A stretch of 64,000 nt of DNA from Phallusia mammillata (lineage: Eukaryota). The stretch spans positions 2,480,001-2,544,000 of the forward strand of contig OZ281496.1 of assembly GCA_965637545.1 (NCBI GenBank), read 5' to 3'. Shown piece after piece: positions 11,146 to 23,152 of the stretch. Both the position numbers and the translations under genes were made by a program. The notes beneath the pieces were generated by a model, which saw only the letters and a program-made list of their open reading frames with translations, was not told where the DNA came from and did no database searches. Positions within the stretch are counted from its first letter, which is position 1. Each line of letters opens with the position of its first letter.

Positions 11146-14100
11146 TCATCCAATGGTCTCAACCACTATGTCGCCTTCTTCATCTGCACGAGCATTGTAT
11201 CTTACAGCTAAATCTGATGAGTGATTTGTAGACGCTGGTAGAGATGACAATTTCTCCACCAGCGATTTCTTTGCCCTGCCAAGTTGTTTTTCCAATAATT
11301 TTGAGTAAAGGAAGGGATTTACGGCGCTGTTGATTGGAAGCAACAGACAAGCGCTCAACACATAAGCATCTGGTGGCATCTTGATTCCTCCAACACTCAA
11401 GTATCCCATGACGCAAATTGGAATCCAGCAACAGAAGTCGGTCAAAATCAACCTCGAGATTCTTTTCTGCATCTTTGAGCTCACATCGTTGCTTCTGGAC
11501 CCTTTCAAGCGGTTGCTGTGTTTGTAGATGAGAACATATGCAACAACCATGTAGATGAACATAAGGAAGTTGATTGTGATGAGGAAAGTTGAATATTCCC
11601 AAGCAAATTCGCTGGTTGTGGCAAACAAACGTGGCAAACAGACGCTTGTTTCTCCATAATATCCAAATTCTCCTTTGATTGGGTTGCGAGGAAAAGTTTC
11701 TTTGATAGTTTTTTTCACTTCAATCCAACTTTTGAGTTCCACACCCGTAATTTTTTCTGCAAGAAGTGACATATTTTCCCTTGAAACAAAATCATTTCCA
11801 AAAATGTTGTTTGGAAACCAAACATCAGTTATAAAATATCCTGAAGTGACTTTAAGCAAAGGAACAGTTGCCAATACAACAGCTGAAATCCAGCAGAACA
11901 GTTCCGCAAGTAAAATTCTAAGAACACCTACACTTCGGATTGTAAATGGTTTAAAGGTTGATACAAGGCGAAAAGTGGTCATTGCTGTCATAGTCATGGC
12001 CGATGCTTCAGAAGAAACCACAGCAAGTGCTCCAAGTCCTGAACACAAACTACTTGATCTCCATTCTTTATCAAACAAACAATACGAGCCAGAAAATTGA
12101 GTGGCTTGAATTTAACTACAAGCAGATAAATCCCCATGAGGAAATCTGAGCAACATAGGTTAAGAAGAAAAATACTTGTGTTAATAACAACTTTTTTGTT
12201 TCTGTCTACATTCCATAAGCTGTGGGCAGTTGCAATGAACACAAACAAATTTCCTCCCACTGCCAGTATAGCTGTTATCCAGAAAATTGCTCGGTATATT
12301 GGATTGGCAATCATTTCGTTGACATCTGCAAACGCGTCTCCAGCCAAGTTCACACATTCGTCACTTCCGTCCGAACAATCGCGAATTCCATTCTGCACCA
12401 GTTTCCTTTCAACCGACAAAGGTTGTTTATTTGTGCAATAAAATCTATTTTTTTCACAGCGGCATTTGCTTTCATCAGATTCATTATCACAATCGATAAT
12501 TCCATCACATACTGTTTTTCTGTCAATGGAAACCCTATCTTTGCCCTTACAATAAAGCTGGGTTTTGTTGCAAAGGTCAAGAAATTCATCTGAGCCGTCG
12601 TCACAATCGACATTTCCATCACACACCTGTGTGTTTTTAATGTTGATTTCTCCTTTTGAGAAACAATAAAACATATTTGGACAATTCATTTCACCACGTA
12701 ACCACAGGCTGTCCTCAACTTTTCCATCACATATTGAGTTCAACAAAACTCTGACTTCAACTCCATTGCTTAGCTCATACTGAAATTTGCTCCTCAACCA
12801 TTGATTGTCATTTCTCGCACACTCAAATACTTTGTCAAGTTCAAGTCCTTTAAAGTTTTCTGATAAACACTGAATTTGTTCCAAATTATTAGCAGATGAG
12901 CAGTATTTTGTGTTTATTTGACCAACACATTGCACGCTTGAGTTGCACAACTTCCCACTTTGAACAGAACATACAGATTTATTTTGACAATGCATCTGAT
13001 TTGATGGACAAGTACCCCTTATATCATTGCACAAACTTTGATTGAAACACAAACACTCATCTGACATATCAAAGCAATCCACTACACCGTCACAAACTTG
13101 CGTGGGCGATATGATTAACTTTTTATCCAAGCACTGAAAACATTTAAACTTTCCATTAACAAAGCAAAGATCAGATTTATCAGAGCATTGAGTCACTGAA
13201 TCGTAAACATTGGTTTGGGGTAAAACACAAACACCTTGTCTCGATGATCCAGGGCATTTAAACCCAAAACCTGACCTAATTTCATCACTATTGTCACTAC
13301 AACTACTAACTCCGTCACAAAAATCACTTCCTGCTATAAATTGTTTGTTTTCACAAACGACATAATTCTGACAATTTTTTTCTGTTTTGTTGCAGTTTGA
13401 GGAGACACAAATCACATTCGTGCGTTCACATCTGTTGATGTCATCAGCACACGATGGTTGGATTACTGTGTTGCACTCTGCTGGAACTGTTGAATGAACA
13501 ACATACCTGGCAAGTTGTTCACTCTTACAAGTTGTGGCAAACATAGTACAAGATTGACATGTGAAGTTGGAAACTGAACAAAGCTCGTCACTCCCTTCAT
13601 AGCAATCCATAAATGTGTCACCAATCCAACCAAAAGGTATGCATCTTCCAGTGGATGGGCAATGTTTGTTACCAGGATCACACGGACATCTGGCATAAAC
13701 TCCAGAGCAGTTACATGTGTAATGTGTCTCATCACTACCGTCAAAACAGTCATGATTTCCATCACATAAGAAAGATCGGTCAATACAACTTCCCACCATA
13801 CCTATACATTGTTTTGTGCCAACACATGCACATTGAAACTTATTAGCTGGACAAGTGCAATTAACTTCATCACTCCAATCTCCACAATCATTATTTCCAT
13901 CACATTGCCAGTTGTTGTCGATGCAACCATATCCAGTTGTGCAGTTCTTTGTTTTGTAACAATCGCATTCAAACTCTCTATCAGCTGGACAAGTGCAATT
14001 AACTTCATCACTCCAATCCCCACATTCATCATATCCATCACATTGCATGTTTTTTTCTATGCAACCATATGTAGTTGTGCAGTTCTTTGTTTTGTAACAA

Positions 14101-14942
14101 TCGCATTCAAACGTATGAGCTGGACAACTGCAGTTAGCTTCATCACTCCAATCTCCACAGTCATTAATTCCATTACATTGGCTGTCTTTGTTTTTGCAAC
14201 CATACTTAGTTGGGCAGTCCTTTGTTTTATAACAATCACATTCAAAGTCTCTATCAGCTGGACAAGTGCAGTTAGCTTCATCACTCCAATCTCCACAGTC
14301 ATTAATTCCATTACATTGGCTGTCTTTGTTTTTGCAACCATATCTAGTTGGGCAGTCCTTCGTTTTATAACAATCACATTCAAACTCTCTATCAGCTGGA
14401 CAAGTGCAATTAGCTTCATCACTGCCATCTATGCAGTCTATCGCTCCATTACATTGCAACACCTCCCACAAACACCCAACACCAACTTTACAAGTTGTGT
14501 TGAAGCAGTCACACTGAAACCTGCCTATAAGACAAATGTCACCAAACTCGTCGCTCCAATCACCACAGTCGTTGTCCCAGTTATTTACCTTCGACATCTC
14601 AATACATCCTGTTTTGTCCCCACACCGACCAAACTTGTGACAGGCACATTCGAACATTGAGGAAGGGCAGCTGCAGTTGGGACCGCGGTACGGTTTCACG
14701 CACACCGAGAGATTTTCAGGTTCTGTGAAAAAGATGCAAAAAAAAGGTTTTACAGAAAAGTAAAATGTTGCACAAGTTGGAAAGAAACACATCAGTTTAG
14801 TTTGCTTTAAAACATGTGCTATTAACTTTTTAATGGAGGTAAGCTTACTTGTATAAGGTCGAGGAGCGAAACTGAAATCCTCGCCTGGACATTTACCTTC
14901 CGCGCATCCGACGAAAAACAATAGAAGTAATAACCACAACAT
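11146..14942 (-). CDS. LDLa-repeat GPCR (relaxin-receptor/GRL101-like 7TM, no LRRs), copy A; one apparent 1-nt frameshift
   Basis: Signal-peptide exon 14942-14849, GT-AG intron 14848-14723, many CxDxSDE LDLa modules, 7TM motifs LAVGGN, NLCCSDFLMGIYL, TDFCCWIP, PINSAVNPFLY. Frame changes at 12111-12113 relative to copy B. Confidence 0.88.
13854..14402 (-). repeat. Four coding tandem units of 138/135 bp (8-Cys LDLa variant)
   Basis: Units CPADREFECDCYKTKDCPTRYGCKNKDSQCNGINDCGDWSDEANCT; 3x138 + 135 = 549 bp. Confidence 0.9.
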
Positions 14943-15229
14943 GTTTGTGATTTCAATATAGAAACTGTTAATATAAGAGATTCATTTGTTTCTGTAAAAA
15001 AACCTACCTATTTATTTTTTTCTTTATTTGTACCAAGTTAAGTTGTGTTACTTGTAGTTGTGAGAAAACAAACCGTCTGTGCAACACTTTATAAACTAAA
15101 CCCGATCCCTCTAACCGTGAACTTAAAACTACTTTGCCTGTTTTATGAATTCATTAACAACCCCTAGAAAAAATACCTGTTTTGTTTTGGGCTTTCATGT
15201 TTGACAAATTCATTCATTACTTTTACTAA

Positions 15230-16330
15230 AACCTTTGTCAAACACAACATACTACGAACAAATCCGGGCAAAATTATTTTATCTTCCATATAGAAACCGA
15301 CACGACCTAATTTTTGCCCCAGAAGAAAAAAAATACCCCAGAAAAAATAGAAAATCTAAAATCATAATGAATAAAATGTCTCCCTGGACGATGACAGGCT
15401 TCCAAGTCTGTAATAAAAAATTGGCACCCGATTCAACTTTTAAAAGCAGACTAAAAAGATATCAGCAAAACCGTCTGACTACTAAAAAAATTAAATTAAA
15501 AATTTCTATTAAGCAAAAATGCGTTCTGATTAATAGATACATACATCATATCCGTTACAACCTGCAATACCGTCAATCATAAATTCGTTCACCGAATTTT
15601 AAAGATCCCAAACATAGATGAATATACTAGATCGTGTGTAAAATACTATACCAAAAAATTACCAGGAAAATCAACGTAAATGGTACCACAACTGAAAAAA
15701 TAGATATCAAACTGGGAGTTACCATATACCAAAACCTAATTAATGCGGCAAATAATTGAAAGAATATAAATGGATTTAAAATTGGAAAAATTAAAACAAA
15801 AATCCCATAATACGCGGACAATTCAACGTTTTATAAGTTAAAAAAAACGTTTATCCTCATTTTATTGAAACAAAGATACAATTTTAGCTCTAATTTGTAA
15901 CTCAAGATCCTTCGATACAAGTAAACTTCCATTTATCGACAAAATTCCAATTATACATACCCTTTATTTTCACACAAAGAATTATTTATCGCTAGAATAG
16001 TAAAACCTACTCCTACACACAATAAACATTTTTTACCACGTTCCAATCCTTTTGGCTTCCCAAAAAATTTGAACAGATGAAACGAAATAAATTAATTTCT
16101 GTGACGAAAAACGGCGGGTTTAAACTTCCCGATTTAAACATCAAATGAAAGGCCTAACCTTGAAAAACTACCTGATCTAATTACAGTAAACAAAATAACA
16201 GATATCTAAAAACGCTGGAACGCGTACAATCTCAGCACTAAATTAAAATCTATCCAACCTATAACACTAAACGCAATGGAAAACAAACTGAAACTGACTC
16301 CAAGTTTATAACGCTTACTTAAGTGTAATT
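15230..16330 (+). mobile_element. Highly decayed non-LTR retrotransposon (L1/Tx1-like) ORF2 remnant
   Basis: Fragments NKMSPWTMTG and SFWLPKK...KRNKLISVTKNGGFKLPDL resemble the F.W...R...GGLxLPD region of L1/Tx1 ORF2; many stops. Confidence 0.5.
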
Positions 16331-16721
16331 GAAATAACCAACGATTTTAATTGAAAAAATGTCGCGTATATGCAAGCGAAACATAGTGTACTAAAAGCTG
16401 ACAATACTGGACCGGATCTTGTAAAACTTTAACTAACCAAGATTGCGCTTTTTATCTCGGTGTTATTAACGATATTTTATTACAAATGGCATTGTTTGGG
16501 TTGGTAACGTGTAACAACATCCCATATGACGCAGTGAAATTAACGCAACGTTGGTTTCGCCAAAAACGCCCAGAATTTTGTTAACGCAAATGGAAACCAC
16601 GTATTTAACATTTTAGAAAGAAAGCTTTCTAATCAACAACAATTTAGCAATGGGTGCTAGAAAAAAACCGATGTAAATTTTGCAAATTAAAAAAGACATT
16701 ATAAGTCCCCTCCTCTTAGAC

Positions 16722-18158
16722 CAGGGGTGCCTAACCTGCAGCCGAACGGCCACAGAGACTAGTTTGTGCGGCCGTGAACATGTATATTAAAAAATATGTA
16801 ACAATGCGAAAAAAAAGAAACAACAAGCATCACAATGTAGATTACGACTTCATAAACATTTAAGACTGATCTTCACGTTGCGCAGTTTGATCTGTGCATC
16901 AAGTTAGGGGCATTTTACGCGCCACTAGAAACCTTTTTTTAAAAATCAGTGATTTTAAACAACACCAAACAGGTAATTGGCGACCGTTGGTGAAATAAGG
17001 ATCTGCAATGTGGGCGTCGTAGCGAAAAGTTTATGCAGGCCTGTCTTGGACTGTTCCATTTTTAACAAAATTCTCCACCATTATAGACCATCAAACGATT
17101 CGGGTCCTTGCATCTCCTTGCAAACAAATTTAATACCAATCTCGAAACTAACCCTAACATCATAACCTTTCACCACTGTGTCTTGGAAACTCCATTATTG
17201 CAAGTTAAACCTTACACAATCTCGCACCAAAACTATTAAAAATTAGTTTGAGTTCTTAAATAAACTCGTCCACAATCAAAAATCTTTGCAAAGTGTATTA
17301 CCGCAAAAGTATTTGTTGCTTGAAATCTAGGTATACATACTGCGATAAAAATTTCGGCTATAACTATGTTGGAATGAAATTTGGCATTAATACAAATCTA
17401 ATAATTAATACAGCCACGTGGAGCAGACCGGTACATGTAATACTTTGTACCGCTATGTGCCATTTGATTTTTGATTTAGTATTGAATTGCCTTTGTGCAT
17501 GGCCCAAAAGTGCAAAACACAAAACTTGCTGTACATCAACATCAGAACACAAAAACTGCGGCATAATTACAAGTCAGAACATTAAAACCATGATGACACG
17601 CAGCTAAGTCAGAACACGAAAACCGTGGCACGCACTCCAAAGTCTGAACACGAAAACCGTGGTACGCACCCCAAATTTAGAACACAAAAACCGTGGCCCT
17701 GAAACCCTGAAAATTGGAGCCCGAACCAGAAAGTACAAGCCTGAAACTCGGCACGAACCCGAATCGTTTTAAAAAAAACCTTTTAGGCCCGAAAGTTTGA
17801 TTGGTAGACCTATATTTAAAGCCTCAGAAAAGACCAAGGCTACAAACACAGTAGTCAATCGGTCTTGAACAGGGATTTTTGACATTAGGCCAGGCTGGTC
17901 CAGCAAATGGCTAATTAGCTAGTTAAATTTATTTCACAAAATACTGCCACAAAGTGTAAAGTAAGGCCCGAATCAAGCCCGTTTTTTTTTGAAAAAATCT
18001 AAGCCCGAAACCGGCCCGAACCAGGCGCAAAGAGCCCGGCCCGACTTACAACTCTGTTGTGAGCAGCAACAAACAAAGTTTCGCCCCTACCGTTCGGCCC
18101 TTCAACGCAAGTCTGTTTCCTAAAGTGGCCCCTTACTAAACTTATTTACCCAACCCTG
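16722..18158. mobile_element. Composite of hAT-like MITE pieces, including a truncated CCCGAA-family copy (17700-18056)
   Basis: CAGGGGTGCC start and CCCAACCCTG end without a matching TSD; internal end GACTTACAACTCTG shared with 19209-19509. Confidence 0.5.
17541..17700 (+). repeat. ~34-bp degenerate tandem repeat, 5 copies
   Basis: Recurring TCAGAACAC(A/G)AAAAC(C/T)GTGG core at about 17541, 17574, 17608, 17643 and 17677. Confidence 0.75.
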
Positions 18159-18629
18159 GACTAAAACGTCTGATTATGGTTGATTTTATCCACTTGATGT
18201 TGCGATGAATTAAGTATATGAAGCAAAACATCACAAAACGAAATCTATTTAAAAATTTGATATAAACTAACCAATACACAAGTTAGACTAAAAATCTCCA
18301 GAGCTACTTTACACTGCAAACATAACTAAACCCTTCGGCAATCTGAAAATCCGCGTTACTGTAAGGGAAGCCAATTTCGCAAAATATTTATAGGCAGTAA
18401 AACGGAAACTACAGGTTAGACGTAGCACTGCCTTCTATCTTGCGATCTTACACATCGAGTGTAATCCGGCTTGTTTTCTGGAATCAAATGATGAACGCCA
18501 GTTTTCGCCACAAGCTGCACGTATGTTTTAATAGCAAAACAACTAAGTGGTTCTTAACACTAACATGTATATTGTAAGTTTCGGATATAAACAGCTTGTA
18601 TATAAACTTACATATAAACTTACACTTGC

Positions 18630-19208
18630 AAAGTCGTGCATGTTACAATCGCTGTGATTAACTGCACAAAGCTCGTTAGGAAATCCGCTTTAACCTGTCA
18701 AAGTCGTGCATGTAACAATCGCTGTTGTTAATGGCACGATTCTTGTTACGAAATCCGCTTTAAGCTGTCAAAGTCGTGCATGTAACAATCGCTGTTGTTA
18801 ATGGCACGATTCTTGTTACGAAATCCGCTTTAAGCTGTCAAAGTCGTGCATGTAACAATCGCTGTTGTTAATGGCACGATTCTTGTTACGAAATCCGCTT
18901 TAAGCTGTCAAAGTCGTGCATGTAACAATCGCTGTTGTTAATGGCACGATTCTTGTTACGAAATCCGCTTTAAGCTGTCAAAGTCGTGCATGTAACAATC
19001 GCTGTTGTTAATGGCACGATTCTTGTTACGAAATCCGCTTTAAGCTGTCAAAGCCGTGCATGTAACAATCGCTGTTGTTAATGGCACGATTCTTGTTACG
19101 AAATCCGCTTTAAGCTGTCAAAGTCGTGCATGTAACAATCGATATTGTTAATTGCACGAGTCTTGTTAGAAAACCTGCTTCAAGCTTGCAAAGTCGTGCA
19201 TGTAGAAA
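18630..19208. repeat. 70-bp minisatellite, ~8.2 copies, with degenerate copies resuming at 19510-19590
   Basis: Exact 70-nt periodicity (AAAGTCGTGCATGTAACAATCGCTGTTGTTAATGGCACGATTCTTGTTACGAAATCCGCTTTAAGCTGTC). Central units near-identical, terminal units diverged. Confidence 0.95.
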
Positions 19209-19509
19209 CAAAGTTGTAAACGGGCCTGAAATTGGAGCCCGAAACTCGGCCCAAACCCGAATCGTTTTTGAAAAACCCGTTTAGGCCCGAAAGTTTGATT
19301 GACAAGCCTATACATTGAAGCCTTAGGAAAGACACACATTGGACAATAATAGACATTTGGTCTGCAACAAAGCGTTTTAGGGCTGGTTGACATTTTAGCT
19401 ACTTAAATTTATTCGAAAAAATACTGACACAGAGTGTAAAGTCCAGCTCGAAGCAAGCCCGTTGTTTTGAAGAAACTTCAGCCCGAACCCGACCTGACTT
19501 ACAACTCTG
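19209..19509. mobile_element. hAT MITE with CCCGAA subterminal repeats
   Basis: TIR CA(A/G)AGTTGTAA; exact TSD TGTAGAAA (19201-19208 / 19510-19517). Confidence 0.9.
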
Positions 19510-22189
19510 TGTAGAAAGCGTCGTGGTCGATTCGTGATGCTCGTTAGAAGCCCCGCTGTATTTGTGTAAATTCGTGCACGTAACAAGCGCAATGACTTGT
19601 TTTGATCAAACAAAAAGCATGCAGACGTTTAGATGTTTTTTGGGGGGCATCGTTTTCATTAAGTTTTGAAAAATGCCGAAAAAAACTTTTTTTTGTAAAA
19701 CACGACGATCGCATAATGGCCAAGCATTACAAGACCGGTCTAACATAAGCATGGAAAATATACAGAATACCACTCTCTGGGTAATTTGTTAAAAGCACAA
19801 AGCTCGTCCTTATTAGAAAGCTTTCTTTGGTAAGCATGGGAAAATACACAAACGACCAACTAGGTGTTTTGTTATGAGCGCCAAGCCTTTCAGCAGGCAT
19901 AAGAACACGTTTAAGCAAGGATTGGAAAATAGAATTTGTCATGAGCGCAAGGTATTACTCCGCTGGTATCGAAGTTTTTAGTCGAGCTGTACATGACTGA
20001 ATGAAAACGCATACAAAGCTTATGGTTTGATGTTTTTGTTGAAAAGTGTTAAAAGATAAAGTCACGGTTATCATGAGGTGAGTAGCTAGTTGCAAACATT
20101 GTGACATCACTATCGTTCATAGCAAAGCGTCACTATATTCCATCATGCATGACGAGCCTTCCCATATGAGCTTAATGACGGGTTATTTCCTGCGCTTGAA
20201 AAACGACACCAGTAACACATTGGGATGCAAGCAAGCAAAACTGCCACTCTAAGACGGTGGTCAAAGTCATTGATGGTACACAAGCCACAAAACATTACAA
20301 CGTGGACATTAAATGAAATTTTACATTTCGTATTTAGTCATACATATCGGGTTTGTTAAATAATGTCACGTGATTAAACATGGCGATCTGATTGGTCGAG
20401 GTGTGCAGTGTATTAATCGCTGGCGTGCATAAAAACATTGAAGAGTGAAACAGAATTGGACTTTTACATCCCACTGAAATTTAGGTTTGGCTGATTCTGA
20501 ATATAACTACTGTACAATCGTGTACATTGAAATTTTAACGTACGTATTTTCTGAATCAAACTCTAACAATGGGATACAGCGATTGTGATTGGTCGAGCTG
20601 TGTCACCTGATTACATTACCTTCCGCAGGTAATTTAATATGAGAAACAGGCCCGTTGGTTAAGCATCATCCTTCCGCAGACATAGAACACTATTAGGCAA
20701 GCATTAAAAAATACAATTTGTCATGAGCGCAAAGCATTCTTCCGCTGGTATTGAAGTTTACCAACAAGCACGCATGCTGAACTGGTATGTCATACGCCGA
20801 AAAGTTAATGGAAACATCAACTGGACTAAAGCGCTTGCAATTACAACGACGCACTGCATAAAATATAAATGTTGTCGTTTATTTGTTGGCTATGGCAGAT
20901 CAAAACGCAATCAAAAGTTTCAAACGACTGAGCGAATGAGCGAATTTTTCTTGGACGATTGAGTGCTAAAATCCTACGATGCTCTTTGTATTGCATCAAA
21001 CCAGGACTTGAAGTTTTGTGCAAAGACCAAGCAATCATACCAACTAGAATTTTAATGTACGTTATATTTTTGACGATTCTCTAACACTAAAAAGAGGGAA
21101 TGTGTCAACCAAGTCACGTGATCAAATACGACAACCTGATTGGCTGAGCTGAGGTACATAACAGTCGTGTGGCGCTGCTTGAAGAAAGGTTTAATGACAA
21201 ACCACAACTTGATTTTATGAATCCTTGGGAAGTCGGAGATTATTTGCTACGAAATGTAGTGCTGTGTTAAAAAATTGAAAATGAAAGTGACGAAAATGTT
21301 GAAGTTTTCTCCACAAAATCTTTCCAAAGCCTAAAACAGTTAATTCATCAGGAAAACAAATAACACTGCGGAATTATGGGTTTGTGCCCATGGTAGTGAA
21401 TAAAATTGAAGGAACTTGTATTGTTGAATATATTACGCTTAGCTTAACTTGAGTGGTGTTTATTCCTAAAATTGAACGTTTTATTATGTTCTATCTAAAC
21501 TTCTGTGTAATTATCTAAACTGGTCTAACATTTCTTTAATTCTTCCTCCAACTTGATCATTTTATCATAAAATTTAATGGATTTGGATAAAAACATTCAT
21601 GGTAGATGATTTCCACACAAGTTTGTTTATTATATACTTTATTTCTTCCATATTTATTATGTTTTGATAGGTCATCGGTTAAGTTTCTCCCTAGACCCCT
21701 GGAGTTACCCTGTTGGCCCTGCACAATAAAATGTTTTAATGCATATGGTGAATGGTGAATGACCAGATAGCTGTGAAATGTACACAGGTAGAAGACTGGC
21801 TGTTACTCTACATCAAAATGTTCACCACAAGATCACCACAAGCAACTGAGTTTAAAATAATGGCTGCTGTCAATAAATCTTTCGCTCCTTTGTTGGGGAG
21901 AAAATTCTGGTCATTGGCAACTCCCCTTTGCCAAGTTTTGAAGAACAAATCACCGGAATGTACAAATATCTCTAACATATTGACATGTGTTGACTACTGT
22001 TTGTGCATCTGTATGCGCAATGCAACAAAACAGAATGACATTATAACCAGTCAGTCATCAAGCAGGAAGCCTCAGAGCTGTTTCGTTACCACTTGTTTTG
22101 TTGTGTAATAAAACAAAAAAATAATTGCATTTTCCCCATATTGTTTAATGGATTGGACTTCTTAGAAACAAGTCTTGACTTTTGTTGTC

Positions 22190-23150
22190 TGAATTAAACA
22201 CAGGTGCATTTAAAATTTGAATCATTTTGTGTTGTTGAAACTTATTTTCCAATGGTAAAATGATTAAAGTATTACAACAGGAGCTTTTACCCTATATTGC
22301 TTTTACACAAGCACTGAAAACCATTGAATGCTCTTTTGAACATTTGCAATTTCATTGCAAGAGAAATCACATCTTAGTATTTGGCAACAGATGTTTTTCT
22401 GTATTTTTGGTTAGTTTATTGTAGGGTCCTGCAACATACGGCCCAAAGCCAGAGCACGGACCGGCAGCTATTTGTGTAGCCCACGTTGACTATGTCAAGT
22501 GGTCATTGTTTTATAATTTTCACTATTAAATCGTAGGAAGTTCTTATTTGGCATTTTTGACATTGCTTTACAAGGTTAACTTTAAGCTCTCCGGTTCAAA
22601 ATTTTGCCCTCGTGGACCCTTGGAAACAACCCAGGGACCCTTGAGAGGGGTAAACTGCAGGTTGGAAACCACTGCAATAAAATGATTTTTTATCAAAATG
22701 TAACAAATTTACCTTCAGCATCATTATACATGTATATTGTGGCTCATTGCGATAAACAGTTGCACGCCCCTAGTTTATTTCTATCCCTAATCATAATGAG
22801 GTTAGTGGTTCAAATCCCAAGCAACTTCTCAGTGATTAATGTAAGAGTCTTGATTTTGTTTAGTTAATAGCAATTAAACCCAAACGTTGCGCAGCTGATT
22901 TTAATTTGGTGATTGTTTAAGTGTTATTACTTTGCTTGCTATCCTTCACTGATGCTTGTGTCTTATTGTACTTATGAAGAAGATTTACACAGACTCTTTC
23001 AACTGTTACTAAACCTGGATATTTATGTGCGTATTGTTGCAAAACTTGTTACGAATTACAAAGCTGTTATTTGCGTGACAAAAGGCAAAATTAGTTTTTA
23101 TGCTGTTTTAAATGTAACAATCATTCTTACTAGATTTAAGAAATCATGCA
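22190..23150. repeat. Paralogous 3' flank of GPCR copy B (tandem segmental duplication of ~10380-10900)
   Basis: Colinear blocks AATTAAACACAGGTGCATTTAAAAT, GAGGTTAGTGGTT..GCAACTTCTCAGTGAT and TGTTACTAAACCTGGATATTT at both loci; homology resumes at 26032 after the pogo element. Upstream blocks 20100-20270 and 35025-35190 also match. Confidence 0.85.
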
Positions 23151-23152
23151 TA

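Noticed and set aside
13809-14660. 283-aa plus-strand ORF (also 28903-29385 and minus ORF 924-1430)
   Set aside because: These are antisense shadows of repetitive Cys-rich or zinc-finger coding sequence, with no independent protein signature.
16714-18166. Single hAT element spanning 16722-18158
   Set aside because: The ends belong to different TIR types and the flanks (TCTTAGAC / GACTAAAA) are not a TSD.
18630-19208. 70-bp repeat as a CRISPR array
   Set aside because: Units are contiguous with no unique spacers, there are no cas genes, and the context is eukaryotic.
22785-22825. tRNA gene (GGTTCAAATCC B-box-like)
   Set aside because: No acceptor stem or D-arm could be formed, and the paralogous site at ~10520 has lost the motif; at most a tRNA-derived scrap.
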